A stretch of DNA of 50,366 nucleotides, from the IMG/VR virus record IMGVR_UViG_3300045988_165035, positions 1 to 50,366 of that record; one strand, written 5' to 3'. Source of the DNA: a virus. How positions within the stretch are numbered: the stretch's first letter is position 1; each line of letters begins with the position of its first letter. The notes beneath the pieces were generated by a model. It was not told the origin of the DNA and searched no databases. It saw nothing but the letters and a program-made list of their open reading frames with translations. Of the stretch, positions 14,217 through 22,934 are shown one piece after another. Made by a program: the position numbers and the translations under genes.

Positions 14217-14241
14217 AATAAAAAAGGCGGCCAAAGCCGCC
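14217..14241 (-). terminator. Intrinsic terminator between the holin and the com-like gene
   Basis: The minus strand reads GGCGGC-TTTG-GCCGCC followed by TTTTTTATT. Confidence 0.7.
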
Positions 14242-14258
14242 CTGTCATTCGATTTTTG

Positions 14259-14723
14259 TCATGATTCCTTTCCCGATAATTTCTCTGCCTCCGTATCCAA
14301 CCGCGTGTTCAACGCTTTGATCGTCCGTCGGATTACCGGCGGAACAACATCAGACAACCCCATGCGTTCAAAGTTTTCGATAATGGAGCCAAACTCCCCG
14401 GCGCAGTAAGCGCAGATGGTTATCGTCTGCAATATCTCCACATGAATGATGGGAAAAAACACCTGATCAAGCCCGTGCGCCAATGCGACGATCGAGAAAT
14501 ACAGCATCTTCTTCACCACCCCCAGCCCACAGGCCTTGCTCTCCCAAGTACCTGTTTTGAGGGCGCCGAGCGTCCCTGTAATAAAGTCGATTACCACAAA
14601 GGCGGTGAGCCATAAAAACAGAACTCCGATGTCTCCAAATGCGAAACTAAACGCTCCACCGATGACGCCACCGAACGCCATCAGGATTCTCTCCGTCCCT
14701 TGAGGTAAAAGCGTTGTAAACAT
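14259..14723 (-). CDS. Holin (phage_holin_4 / toxin-secretion holin family)
   Basis: Multiple TM segments and the family-like motifs IDFITG...VKKMLYF...AGEFGSIIENFERMG. Confidence 0.7.
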   Translation of the reverse strand: MFTTLLPQGTERILMAFGGVIGGAFSFAFGDIGVLFLWLTAFVVIDFITGTLGALKTGTWESKACGLGVVKKMLYFSIVALAHGLDQVFFPIIHVEILQTITICAYCAGEFGSIIENFERMGLSDVVPPVIRRTIKALNTRLDTEAEKLSGKES

Positions 14724-14873
14724 AGGCTCCTTTCAGAAAAGTTAATAACGAAAAACCATCTTTAATCCGACGGCCAAGTTTGTCCATGACGCCGACGCTA
14801 TGGAGTACCGCGAAACCCTCAGGATCGAAGCCGCTCAGTAATAAAAACCCCGTCGGAAGGCGTGGTTTATCTT

Positions 14874-15488
14874 TTACTTGACGATCTGAAACTTTTTGAA
14901 CAGGTTGAAGTAGAGCTGGTGCATCGCTACCTTGCCGTCAGCCTCGTGCCAATTTCCGAAAAGTTTCCAACCAAGGCCGATGCGTACGCACGCCCGGATG
15001 CGCCCTAACGCGTAATGCTGGATGAAATACCATTGGAAGCAGATCAGCCTGTCGTCTCGATACACGCGCCGGAAACAAACACCTGAAATTCCGTTTGTGT
15101 CTGAGGCGTCCGGATTCCCCTTTACGACGTATTCGTCCGACGGATAGACCGGAACCCCTATCACACGGAGGCAGAAACCATAACCTGTATTTCTAAAGAA
15201 CCAAGCAGTTCTTCGTTTATAGACAGACCACCAATCGAATCCCGGGTGGCGTTCCCAGTGTCCTCTGTCACCGTCACAATCATGGTCGTCTGTCTCAAAC
15301 CACGAAAGCCACTTAGGCAAGTGCGCCTGCATTGCCGAGCCGTCCGTGCGCCACTCGATTTCGCCGTAAGCGTTCTTTTCTGTGCGGACAAACAGCGGGA
15401 GTACTGGCGACAAAGCCTTACCAATTACCTGCATCATCAGATCAGGGATGCAGAACAAAAGCCACTTCAGATAGATCATTTTTTTCAC
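14874..15488 (-). CDS. Membrane-anchored protein of unknown function (204 aa), moron-like
   Basis: N-terminal hydrophobic segment and Trp-rich body (LPKWLSWFETDDHDCDGDRGHWERHPGFDWW). Preceded by a terminator. Confidence 0.65.
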   Translation of the reverse strand: MKKMIYLKWLLFCIPDLMMQVIGKALSPVLPLFVRTEKNAYGEIEWRTDGSAMQAHLPKWLSWFETDDHDCDGDRGHWERHPGFDWWSVYKRRTAWFFRNTGYGFCLRVIGVPVYPSDEYVVKGNPDASDTNGISGVCFRRVYRDDRLICFQWYFIQHYALGRIRACVRIGLGWKLFGNWHEADGKVAMHQLYFNLFKKFQIVK

Positions 15489-15490
15489 CC

Positions 15491-15517
15491 ATAAAAACCC
15501 GGTCGAGCCGGGGTTTT
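15491..15517 (-). terminator. Intrinsic terminator after the 15524..15910 gene
   Basis: The minus strand reads AAAACCCCGG-CTCGA-CCGGGTTTT followed by T. Confidence 0.6.
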
Positions 15518-15523
15518 GATTGG

Positions 15524-15910
15524 CTAAACTAGCGAGCCTTCATTTTTAATGAAGCGAACATTCCATTGCAGTATTGTGGCATTCGCATCGAAATAGCTGA
15601 CTACACACTTTTGCCCTTTCCCCAGCATTTGCCACGTACTTCCGTCAATCGTTCTAGCCGTGTGCCGAACAACATTGTTAGTTCGAATGTCAATGGCTGG
15701 CATAAGACCATTACTTGCTGAGCACTGAAGAAAAATACAAAGTTCACCATCACACGGTGCAACATACTCAAACGAGGCATTGCCGCCTTCTGTAGTAAAG
15801 TTCGTTTGGTAGACAATTTCTATAACCTCAGTGGACAGTGTTCCGCCCCGGCTCCCCAGCCGCAGCATCGCTTTCTCAAGCAAACTTTTCAATAAACTCT
15901 TAATACTCAT
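15524..15910 (-). CDS. Hypothetical protein (128 aa), fibre-locus associated
   Basis: ORF overlapping the upstream gene by 11 nt. No motif. Confidence 0.6.
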   Translation of the reverse strand: MSIKSLLKSLLEKAMLRLGSRGGTLSTEVIEIVYQTNFTTEGGNASFEYVAPCDGELCIFLQCSASNGLMPAIDIRTNNVVRHTARTIDGSTWQMLGKGQKCVVSYFDANATILQWNVRFIKNEGSLV

Positions 15911-16505
15911 TCCGATTCACCTCCCGCTGTTCGATCTTGGTTTGGCACTCGTACGCGATGCACTCGGGAATCGCCGGGAAGTCCACAAACGGGAATCCCT
16001 CGACCTGAGGCCAATCGCGCAACGCCTGACGGTAGGCCGTCACCTGCGCCTTTTCTTCGTCCGTCAGCTGCTCACGCTTCGCCCGCGCGGCTTTCTGTAC
16101 GGTAATGTCCGACAGACGTTCATAGTCGTCCGTGTCGCTGATGCGCTGATTTCGTTCGGACTTCTGTGTTTCCACGTAGCGTTCCGTCACAAAGGCGTCG
16201 TCGTTCTCCGGCAAGGCGTCGAGCGTGTAGTACTTCCCGTCGGCGGACTGATACATATCCACCGCCCGGGGTTTCGCGCTGATGAACGTCAGCACCGCGC
16301 CGTCGTCCCGCTTGAATTTTTCCGAAACTTCGTAGCCGTTGGCTAACGCCCATTCCAAGTCCGCCTCGTTCGTGTAGCAGTGCTGAAACTTCTGCGCCGC
16401 GTGTCCGCAGACGTTGCTGTTACGGTCGAAAACCACCCACTCGCCCAAGGGCTTCGCCTCGGCCTTCGTGAGCATTTCGGCCTTTACTTCTGATAAGTTT
16501 TTCAT
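15900..16505 (-). CDS. Tail fibre assembly/chaperone-like protein
   Basis: The C-terminal LTDEEKAQVTAYRQALRDWPQVEGFPFVDFPAIP resembles the Tfa motif (..W..YR..L...P..xxFP..xxWP..P). Confidence 0.5.
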   Translation of the reverse strand: MKNLSEVKAEMLTKAEAKPLGEWVVFDRNSNVCGHAAQKFQHCYTNEADLEWALANGYEVSEKFKRDDGAVLTFISAKPRAVDMYQSADGKYYTLDALPENDDAFVTERYVETQKSERNQRISDTDDYERLSDITVQKAARAKREQLTDEEKAQVTAYRQALRDWPQVEGFPFVDFPAIPECIAYECQTKIEQREVNRNEY

Positions 16506-16508
16506 TGT

Positions 16509-16682
16509 TTACTCCTGCGATTTTTCCAACCGCTTGACTTTTTCTTTCAACGTTTCCACCTGAGAATGAAGGTTGCAGCAATAGATTCCCAGTTTCATCA
16601 AAAGAAACCAAGTAACGAGAAAGCCAACAGCCCCAACCCCATAAAGCATTAGAACCGTGGAACCCAGGCCGTTACACACCAT
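16509..16682 (-). CDS. Small membrane protein (57 aa, below the ORF-track cutoff)
   Basis: Hand-translated: MVCNGLGSTVLMLYGVGAVGFLVTWFLLMKLGIYCCNLHSQVETLKEKVKRLEKSQE. GAGGAG lies 8 nt upstream. It fills the gap between neighbouring genes exactly. Confidence 0.55.
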   Translation of the reverse strand: MVCNGLGSTVLMLYGVGAVGFLVTWFLLMKLGIYCCNLHSQVETLKEKVKRLEKSQE

Positions 16683-16694
16683 CTTTCACACTCC

Positions 16695-16937
16695 TCAATC
16701 CGTTGGCACAGTGCCGCCATATTCAACGATCAGTTCCGAAAGAGCGGTCGTGATTTCAGTTTCCAATGCTGCCACCGCCGCCGAAACAAATTTCGTATTT
16801 GCGGCCTTAGTGGAACTGTCCCCCGCTGCCACATTGGGAACTTGAGGCGTCCCAGTGAAAACGGGGCTTTTAATCGGCGCTTTGTCTTCTCTGATGCTTT
16901 TTCCTATTGCCTTCATATCCGGCAAGGTTTCCGCCAT
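16695..16937 (-). CDS. Short tail-fibre-like protein (80 aa)
   Basis: SPVFTGTPQVPNVAAGDSSTKAANTKFV is a typical fibre repeat. The C-terminal ALSELIVEYGGTVPTD is shared with 18537..18980. Confidence 0.6.
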   Translation of the reverse strand: MAETLPDMKAIGKSIREDKAPIKSPVFTGTPQVPNVAAGDSSTKAANTKFVSAAVAALETEITTALSELIVEYGGTVPTD

Positions 16938-16938
16938 T

Positions 16939-17196
16939 TCATTCCCCTAAATACCCAATCCCGAGGTTTTGCCACGCCTGCGTTACCGCCGCTTCGGTGC
17001 TTGGAAGGTAGTTCCGATAATCCAAAGACGTACCGTTGTAACCATTGACGAAAGCAATCAATTGCTCCACCGCTACGGCTACTTCCCCGGTCGCTTCCGC
17101 TTTCGTAGCAAAATCCTCGTGGTTTTTTATGTCTTGTTCGACCTGATCGAGGGCAATACGACGAGCGAGCGCCGTTACGTTGGCCTCCATCGTCAT
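16939..17196 (-). CDS. Hypothetical protein (85 aa), fibre locus
   Basis: ORF, tightly packed. No motif. Confidence 0.55.
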   Translation of the reverse strand: MTMEANVTALARRIALDQVEQDIKNHEDFATKAEATGEVAVAVEQLIAFVNGYNGTSLDYRNYLPSTEAAVTQAWQNLGIGYLGE

Positions 17197-17211
17197 AAAA
17201 ACCTCCGTCGG

Positions 17212-17976
17212 TTAAGAAGTGGTGCCGTTACGAGCTGCTTCGTAAACGGCGACAAAGTCCGTCGTCGTATCTCCGACGGCGGCAGCTAAATCGTCTACTG
17301 CTTTTTGTGCTGCATCTGCCGCGTTTTTTGCTGCAACTGCTTTGCTGTCCGCCGTAGCTGCTGCCGTTTTCGCGCCGTCTGCGATTCCTTTCAACTCATT
17401 GATAGCGGCGACAAGATTCGTTTTTGCCGTTGTTTTGAGGTCTGCGAGCGTACCGATTGACGTTTTGGCGGCGTTTGCCGTTGTCTGCGCATCGGTGCCA
17501 GCCTTCTTAGCCGCCGCAACTTCTGCCGTCGAGGCGGCATCAATGTTGGAGCGTGCTTGCGTCTTTTGTTCCGTCGTCAAAGTCTGCGCGGCGTCATATT
17601 TGACGTGCCCTGCGGCGATTGTCTGCAATGCTTCGATGGCGTCTTTATTCGATGCGATAACGTCGGCCAATTCTTTCAGCGTATCCATCGCTTCCGGAGC
17701 GCCGTTCACTAGAGCCGCGACCGCATCGCTGATTGCCTTCGAAATCTGCGTCGAACTCCACGTCAAGTTTGTGGTCGTCTTGTTATCGTCAATAATTTTC
17801 GTCAGATCAATAGAACTTAAAGACGCCTTCAACTCGTTGAGTGCCACTACCAACGACGCCTTTTCTGTCGTTGTCAATGCCGACAAATCACCAATGGCGG
17901 CCAACAACTGCGCAATATCGGTACCGATAGTTTGCGCTAAGGCCGCAACTTGTTCGCTACTAGTTTTCGTTGCCAT
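17212..17976 (-). CDS. Ala/Thr-rich coiled-coil tail fibre protein
   Basis: Repeated fibre motif L-x-T-T-x-K-x-x-L-V-x-A-(I/L)-N-E-L (GDLSALTTTEKASLVVALNEL; LADLKTTAKTNLVAAINEL). Confidence 0.65.
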   Translation of the reverse strand: MATKTSSEQVAALAQTIGTDIAQLLAAIGDLSALTTTEKASLVVALNELKASLSSIDLTKIIDDNKTTTNLTWSSTQISKAISDAVAALVNGAPEAMDTLKELADVIASNKDAIEALQTIAAGHVKYDAAQTLTTEQKTQARSNIDAASTAEVAAAKKAGTDAQTTANAAKTSIGTLADLKTTAKTNLVAAINELKGIADGAKTAAATADSKAVAAKNAADAAQKAVDDLAAAVGDTTTDFVAVYEAARNGTTS

Positions 17977-18172
17977 TTTTCAAGGCTCCTCGTGCTTTCA
18001 AATAAATCTCTACGGGGTCTATATCAAAAGGCTCATCCGAACGGGAAGGCCCCTGTATACCCGGTACTTCCACCGTTACCACCGGGAGGGTTATCGCCTC
18101 TTCCACGATGACGTTAATCACCTGGGGCGGTTCAACGATTACCGTAATTTCAACTGCACCCGCATCCGCCAT
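17960..18172 (-). CDS. Hypothetical small protein (70 aa)
   Basis: ORF overlapping both neighbours by about 20 nt. No motif. Confidence 0.45.
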   Translation of the reverse strand: MADAGAVEITVIVEPPQVINVIVEEAITLPVVTVEVPGIQGPSRSDEPFDIDPVEIYLKARGALKNGNEN

Positions 18173-18527
18173 TTCTCGTCACCTCCGCCGAAACGCTGAT
18201 ATTGCCTTGCAATATTCGCGTGATCTGTCCCGCCGGTGACGTAATTTCAACGTCGTACACCATCGACCCCGACGGCCATTTTTCGGTAATGTCATGCGGA
18301 AAATTCAGCGTTATTTTTCCGGCCTCAGCATCGACCTTGATTCGAGGTGCTTCCCCCTCCGAAGTCAGATCGTCAATCGTTTGGCACGCCCCAGCCGTTC
18401 GTCTGATCTGCATCTGGGCGGAATACCCCGAAAGGTTGAGCGGTGTCCCTGTGGAATCCTGAAGCCGCAGAGGAATTGCATAGTCGGAACCCTGATTTAG
18501 GAAAAAATTGTGAATATTTGAACTCAT
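18150..18527 (-). CDS. Hypothetical virion protein (125 aa), probably beta-sandwich
   Basis: ORF in the fibre locus with alternating beta-like pattern. No firm motif. Confidence 0.55.
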   Translation of the reverse strand: MSSNIHNFFLNQGSDYAIPLRLQDSTGTPLNLSGYSAQMQIRRTAGACQTIDDLTSEGEAPRIKVDAEAGKITLNFPHDITEKWPSGSMVYDVEITSPAGQITRILQGNISVSAEVTRNGGCGCS

Positions 18528-18536
18528 GCCGCCTCC

Positions 18537-18980
18537 CTATGTCGGAATCGTTCCGCCGTATTCTTGGATCAGCTCTTTCAAGGCGGTTTCCAACTCAACG
18601 GAATTCAACTTTTTCCCGAGTTCCGTTGCATCGGCTGCGTTGATGTTTTCTCTTGCCACCAACTTTTCGCCTTCCTTCAAACCCTGCGCTTTGTCATATC
18701 GGACACCGGCTTTAGAAACCAACGTATCGATAATTTTTACAAGCGCGTTATAGAGCTGAGAATTTCTGGCAGTTTCTACCTGTCCGTTGATGGCCAGCCC
18801 CGCGTTATGAAGCAACGCCCCCAAAAAACCGAAGATATCGTTTGCCCACTCGGCTTTGCAGTAGGAACCGTTTCGCTTACCTTCGCCCGTACCGTTGATG
18901 AACTTCCCTTGCGGATAATCGACTGATGGCGGCTCCCACCGCTTGCCTGAGGCTTCCAGTTCATTCAAATTGATAGCCAT
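18537..18980 (-). CDS. Tail fibre protein, short (147 aa)
   Basis: Its N-terminal module YPQG...ANDIFGFLGALLHNAGLAINGQVET..SQLYNAL is shared with 18989..20032. Its C-terminal ALKELIQEYGGTIPT is shared with 16695..16937. Confidence 0.6.
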   Translation of the reverse strand: MAINLNELEASGKRWEPPSVDYPQGKFINGTGEGKRNGSYCKAEWANDIFGFLGALLHNAGLAINGQVETARNSQLYNALVKIIDTLVSKAGVRYDKAQGLKEGEKLVARENINAADATELGKKLNSVELETALKELIQEYGGTIPT

Positions 18981-18988
18981 AAGTCACC

Positions 18989-20032
18989 TCAATACTTGAT
19001 ATAAACCGGGAAGGCTATATTCTTCGGGCGGACTTCATTAGCAACATCGACCACCCGAGAGGCGTCAAACTTAATTTGACGGTGATAGTCAGAATGCCCC
19101 GACTTGTTACCCTGTCCGTTAAACCCCCCGCTGACATAAAATGCACCACTTACGCCGCTTTGATCGTTGGCGTACTGGTTAAATTGACCAAGATAACCCG
19201 TGATGTTCCGAATGGCGTCCTCCTGACGAGTGGCAATATTTCGCCCTACATCAACCCCGCGGTTCTGATCCAACACCCGCAAGAAAAGCCCGCGCGTGTC
19301 CGGCAAGCGGAACGTGCTCGAATTGCCGCCCGCAAGGATGATGTCCGGGCATTGGCTCACCAACTGCGCATATTGCGCCCGGCTGTATTCGCCGCCGTTC
19401 ATAGGCAACCAACCGCTAATAGTTCCTGTCCGCCCAAAGTACGCCATCGTCCCAACGGGGATCGTCTCCGGCTGAGAAATCCCGTAGGCCGGATTGAGGA
19501 GAACCCACTTGTTGAACCGGGTATCAAACGAGAGTTGCAAGGTATGCCCTGCGCCCGCAATGTCCCCCACTAAGAGCGGCTGATTAGCTCCCTTGCAAAT
19601 CGTCCGGGCGCCGGTGCTACCTGCGTTCAAGGACGGAATCGTGGACGTATTGGCATAAGCCGCCCGCACGGTAATCTGAAAGCCGTCAATCAGAGAAACC
19701 GAACGCGGGAAAGCAGCCGCCAAAGCGTCCGCTGTTCCCGTCGCAAAAGCAAACATCGGCTCGTTAGCGGTCGAAATCATGCCGCCGACAAGGGATATAA
19801 GCGCTTTGAAAACCTGAGAATCAGCGCCCGTGTCGATCTTCCCGTTTGGCGTCACCCCTGCGGCCTCGAGAATTGCATCCTGAAACGCGCGCTCATCGTT
19901 CGCCATATCCTCTTCAAGATAGGTACCGTCGGCGCTGTTAGGAGCCGTCCGATTCTTTACCGAACCTCGCGGGCGTCCCGCCGTCGGTGCATTCGCCCGC
20001 CCCGGGTAACGTTCCGAAAGAATTAAACTCAT
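18989..20032 (-). CDS. Tail fibre protein with phage tail-collar domain
   Basis: GTMAYFGRTGTISGWLPMNGGEYSRAQYAQL...STFRLPDTRGLFLR matches the tail-collar signature (GW..cdG...Y..L....tF.lPDlRG.F.R). Confidence 0.85.
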   Translation of the reverse strand: MSLILSERYPGRANAPTAGRPRGSVKNRTAPNSADGTYLEEDMANDERAFQDAILEAAGVTPNGKIDTGADSQVFKALISLVGGMISTANEPMFAFATGTADALAAAFPRSVSLIDGFQITVRAAYANTSTIPSLNAGSTGARTICKGANQPLLVGDIAGAGHTLQLSFDTRFNKWVLLNPAYGISQPETIPVGTMAYFGRTGTISGWLPMNGGEYSRAQYAQLVSQCPDIILAGGNSSTFRLPDTRGLFLRVLDQNRGVDVGRNIATRQEDAIRNITGYLGQFNQYANDQSGVSGAFYVSGGFNGQGNKSGHSDYHRQIKFDASRVVDVANEVRPKNIAFPVYIKY

Positions 20033-20670
20033 TCAATAAACTCCAAAGATTTGTCACCGAAAGTGGCGTCATCGTCTTTCAGAAATTCGATGATGCCGAA
20101 CGAACGGATGAAGCCTCGAAACCGCACCCCGGCGGGCGTCGGTACAAAGTCTTCAATATCCAGTAACCACGCTTCAGCCGGGTTAACCGTCCCGGTGTAT
20201 TCGATGGAAAAACTCATGTCGTGGTAATTCAGTAGCCGGAACGCCTGCGCCGTCGGAAAAAGAAAATTGAACGCGTCGAGCAGGTTTTCCGCCGTGGGCT
20301 CAATCGTGTTTTTCAAAATCTTGGCGCGGCATACTGTTCGAAGAAGCTCATCGGTAAGACTCGCCTCCGTCTGCGTACTCCATTCCGCAAACGTCTTTTC
20401 AAGGTCGCCATATTCGGTGCCCGTGGGGTCGGCGTACTCACCCGCATTCATCAGCGTTTCTTGTTTGATCGTGTCGACTGCCACAATTCGGCTGATGATG
20501 CGAAGGCTTTCCCCCGTGGCCGTGTCAATGTCGAGGCAATTCCGCACGGCTTCCGCCCCGGCGGCCACGTTCTCGCCTATTTCGTGCGCGATATTGAGCC
20601 AGGCTTGAAACTTCGGCTTATCGGCGTACTGGGCATAACTGCGGCGGGGAAGTTTGAGCACCGTACTCAT
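20029..20670 (-). CDS. Baseplate/tail protein (DUF2612-like, gpI analogue)
   Basis: Position after baseplate J. The N-terminal YAQYADKPKFQAWL...IDTATGESLRIISRIV resembles DUF2612. Confidence 0.55.
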   Translation of the reverse strand: MSTVLKLPRRSYAQYADKPKFQAWLNIAHEIGENVAAGAEAVRNCLDIDTATGESLRIISRIVAVDTIKQETLMNAGEYADPTGTEYGDLEKTFAEWSTQTEASLTDELLRTVCRAKILKNTIEPTAENLLDAFNFLFPTAQAFRLLNYHDMSFSIEYTGTVNPAEAWLLDIEDFVPTPAGVRFRGFIRSFGIIEFLKDDDATFGDKSLEFIE

Positions 20671-21890
20671 ACGATTTCCACCGTAATGTTTGCCCGCAAA
20701 AACTGCGAAACCTGATTGAACGCAATCGCCACGGTCGAGGTGCCGCCGTTTACCGTCATTTCCGAAACGTAAGAACCGGCATAAAGTCCGAGCACTTTGT
20801 TTACAGGCGTGAAAAGCCGCGAATACGGGACGCTTTGTCCGATGTCAAAGCCCGTCGTCATGAAGCCGATACCGTCCGGCAGTAACTCGCCTTCGTAGTA
20901 CTGCGCGATAGCGGTTCGAATGGCTTCTTGGAGGTCCGTCGCGTTCGGGCAAGTCTTCGAAGGATCAGCGACTTTCACCTTTACAGTGATCGGGACGGCA
21001 ATCGGGCGGGAAAACGTAATCACGTCGTACGAATTCGGATATTTCTCGCTCCAAACCGTTTTTTCCACCTTCGTCCCGGCGGCATGAAGCAAAACGCCGG
21101 GGTTCACTTTCATGTAAATCGCGCGGGCGACTTCCTCATCTTTGCCGCCATCTACGATGATCGCGAGAGAATGCGGCGGAAGTCCGTACGGATTGACCAA
21201 CGCAATCACGTCGCTCGAATTCGTCTTGTTTTCGTAGACTTTGACCTTTCGCACCCCGTCCACGTCGAAAATTTCGCCATACAGCGAATCGCGTTGAGCT
21301 GATCCGGCACGGGCTACCGCGCGGGCGGACTTAATACGGAAAACCGCATCCGACTCGGCATCCGTTCCCGTCATGGCCGCCGTGCGGTTCGTGACAGTCT
21401 GCCAGCCGCCGACGACGGTAATGATTTGGTTAATCTTGCCCGCAGCGACTTCGTTCGCGCCGTTGACGGTGCAAGTGGCCGCCACGCTCCCAGTACCGTC
21501 AGTACCGAGCGTCAAGTTTTCGTCAGTCGTGAAAACAAGCCCCTCAGGCGTCTTTACCTGCGAACCTTCGGGAATGAGCGTACTTGCTACGCCCGTCATA
21601 AAAAGCGTGGCAGTTGTTGGCGTACCTTGCGAACGCGTCGCCCCAGTGAGTTTACGCAGTACGTCAAGGTCCCGCCCAGTCGCTTTGTTGGGGTCGCGGG
21701 CGTCATAGGCCTGCTTTACCAATTGATCGAGGGCGCCGAAGACTTCCGAATCATGGGCTAACTTAAGCCCATCAGGCGTAGCGGGATCAAGACTCCACTC
21801 CGCGTCTATCTTTTGATAGAGCGCCTTCTCTTCCTCGAAATACTCATTCTGAGTTTTTGTTTGAAAACCGTCTTTTGTCAACTCACCCAT
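20667..21890 (-). CDS. Baseplate J-like protein
   Basis: Size, position and N-terminal pattern (QTKTQNEYFEEEKALYQKIDAEWSLDPATPDG...DPNKATGRDLD) fit Baseplate_J. Start at ATG 21890 (GAGGTG upstream) or 21911. Confidence 0.7.
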   Translation of the reverse strand: MGELTKDGFQTKTQNEYFEEEKALYQKIDAEWSLDPATPDGLKLAHDSEVFGALDQLVKQAYDARDPNKATGRDLDVLRKLTGATRSQGTPTTATLFMTGVASTLIPEGSQVKTPEGLVFTTDENLTLGTDGTGSVAATCTVNGANEVAAGKINQIITVVGGWQTVTNRTAAMTGTDAESDAVFRIKSARAVARAGSAQRDSLYGEIFDVDGVRKVKVYENKTNSSDVIALVNPYGLPPHSLAIIVDGGKDEEVARAIYMKVNPGVLLHAAGTKVEKTVWSEKYPNSYDVITFSRPIAVPITVKVKVADPSKTCPNATDLQEAIRTAIAQYYEGELLPDGIGFMTTGFDIGQSVPYSRLFTPVNKVLGLYAGSYVSEMTVNGGTSTVAIAFNQVSQFLRANITVEIV

Positions 21891-22245
21891 AATGCACCTC
21901 GGTTTCCCCATACTTTGTAAAAATCAAAGCGCTCACGGAGTATTTACGCGTCTGCAAGTCGTAATCCGTCGAAAACTTGAGAATCTTCAAGACTCCTTCC
22001 GTTTCAAGAATCCTCAGACGCAAGATGTTCTCCACTTCGGCGCCCGCATAGCCCTTCTGCAGGATCCCCGCAGTTCCATCGATCTTTTCAAACCACGGGA
22101 CACCTTCCGATATATCGCGGAAGTACTCACCCAAATACAATTTCAGGCGGGTTTTAACCGCCTGAGCAATGCATTCCTTTCCTTTTACCCACATTTCGCC
22201 GTGGGTAACTAAATCGCCGTCTGTTCCGAGTTTGTGCCCTATCAC
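21883..22245 (-). CDS. Baseplate wedge protein (gp25/W-like)
   Basis: 120 aa. ECIAQAVKTRLKLYLGEYFRDISEGVPW resembles the gp25/DUF2634 signature. Lies between the spike and baseplate J. Confidence 0.6.
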   Translation of the reverse strand: MIGHKLGTDGDLVTHGEMWVKGKECIAQAVKTRLKLYLGEYFRDISEGVPWFEKIDGTAGILQKGYAGAEVENILRLRILETEGVLKILKFSTDYDLQTRKYSVSALIFTKYGETEVHYG

Positions 22246-22934
22246 TTCGGAGCCCCCGTATCATGATCGCCGCACGGATGAACGTGTCTCTTGCCGCTGA
22301 TGCCGCCGAATTTCACATCCGTCGAGCCGATGACGGTCTTGGCCGTCACGGTCGTGGGCGTGGTGACGTTCCCCGCCGTATCAATCGTGACGCCATTAAT
22401 CGTTACCGTGCCGTCTTTGGCAATGCGGACATATCCCGCGCCGTTCGTTGCTTCAATGTCGCCACTCTCATGCAGCCACACGAACTGCTTGCCCGTTTTG
22501 TTGCGAATCTTCAACCCGTCGTTTTTGTGCGCCGATACGGCTTTCGGCAAAGAACGAACACCGGGAAGAAAAAAGGCGTCGGCCATTGAGAACCGGCGCC
22601 CCGTCCGCGGGTTCGGCGCCACTCCGCCGGAATTCAACCACCCGTCGATGCACTTCTGCGAAAAAACAATCAGTCCTTCGCACCCAGCCTTTATCGCCAC
22701 CTCGGCAACATATTCGCCACCATAGACAAACACCGGCACATCGCCGACGGGCGTTGGAACAACGGCAGCACCTCCGTTGTCGTTGCCTTGAATGCCGATC
22801 TGCACCTGCGCGAGCTGCGTTGCTGGATCGAAACTCAGCACGTGGCCAGGAAGGGCGGTAAAAACCCCTTTCATCTGCTCCCGGAACATTGTGCGAACAA
22901 AGTCCCAAAGGGCGGCGTGTTCGTTATCTGCCAT
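22242..22934 (-). CDS. Baseplate central spike (Mu gp45 / gp138-N-like)
   Basis: ALPGHVLSFDP..QLAQVQIGIQ...VGDVPVFVYGG...AGCEGLIVFSQKCID resembles the gp138 N-domain. The C-terminal HVHPCGDHDTG is a metal-site-like tip. Confidence 0.65.
   Translation of the reverse strand: MADNEHAALWDFVRTMFREQMKGVFTALPGHVLSFDPATQLAQVQIGIQGNDNGGAAVVPTPVGDVPVFVYGGEYVAEVAIKAGCEGLIVFSQKCIDGWLNSGGVAPNPRTGRRFSMADAFFLPGVRSLPKAVSAHKNDGLKIRNKTGKQFVWLHESGDIEATNGAGYVRIAKDGTVTINGVTIDTAGNVTTPTTVTAKTVIGSTDVKFGGISGKRHVHPCGDHDTGAPK

Noticed and set aside
17342-18199. 285-aa plus-strand ORF antisense to the Ala/Thr-rich fibre gene.
   Set aside because: Its composition (Ala/Ser/Val/Phe runs) is the mirror of the GCN-rich fibre gene. 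It has no start context and no motif. It is a shadow ORF.
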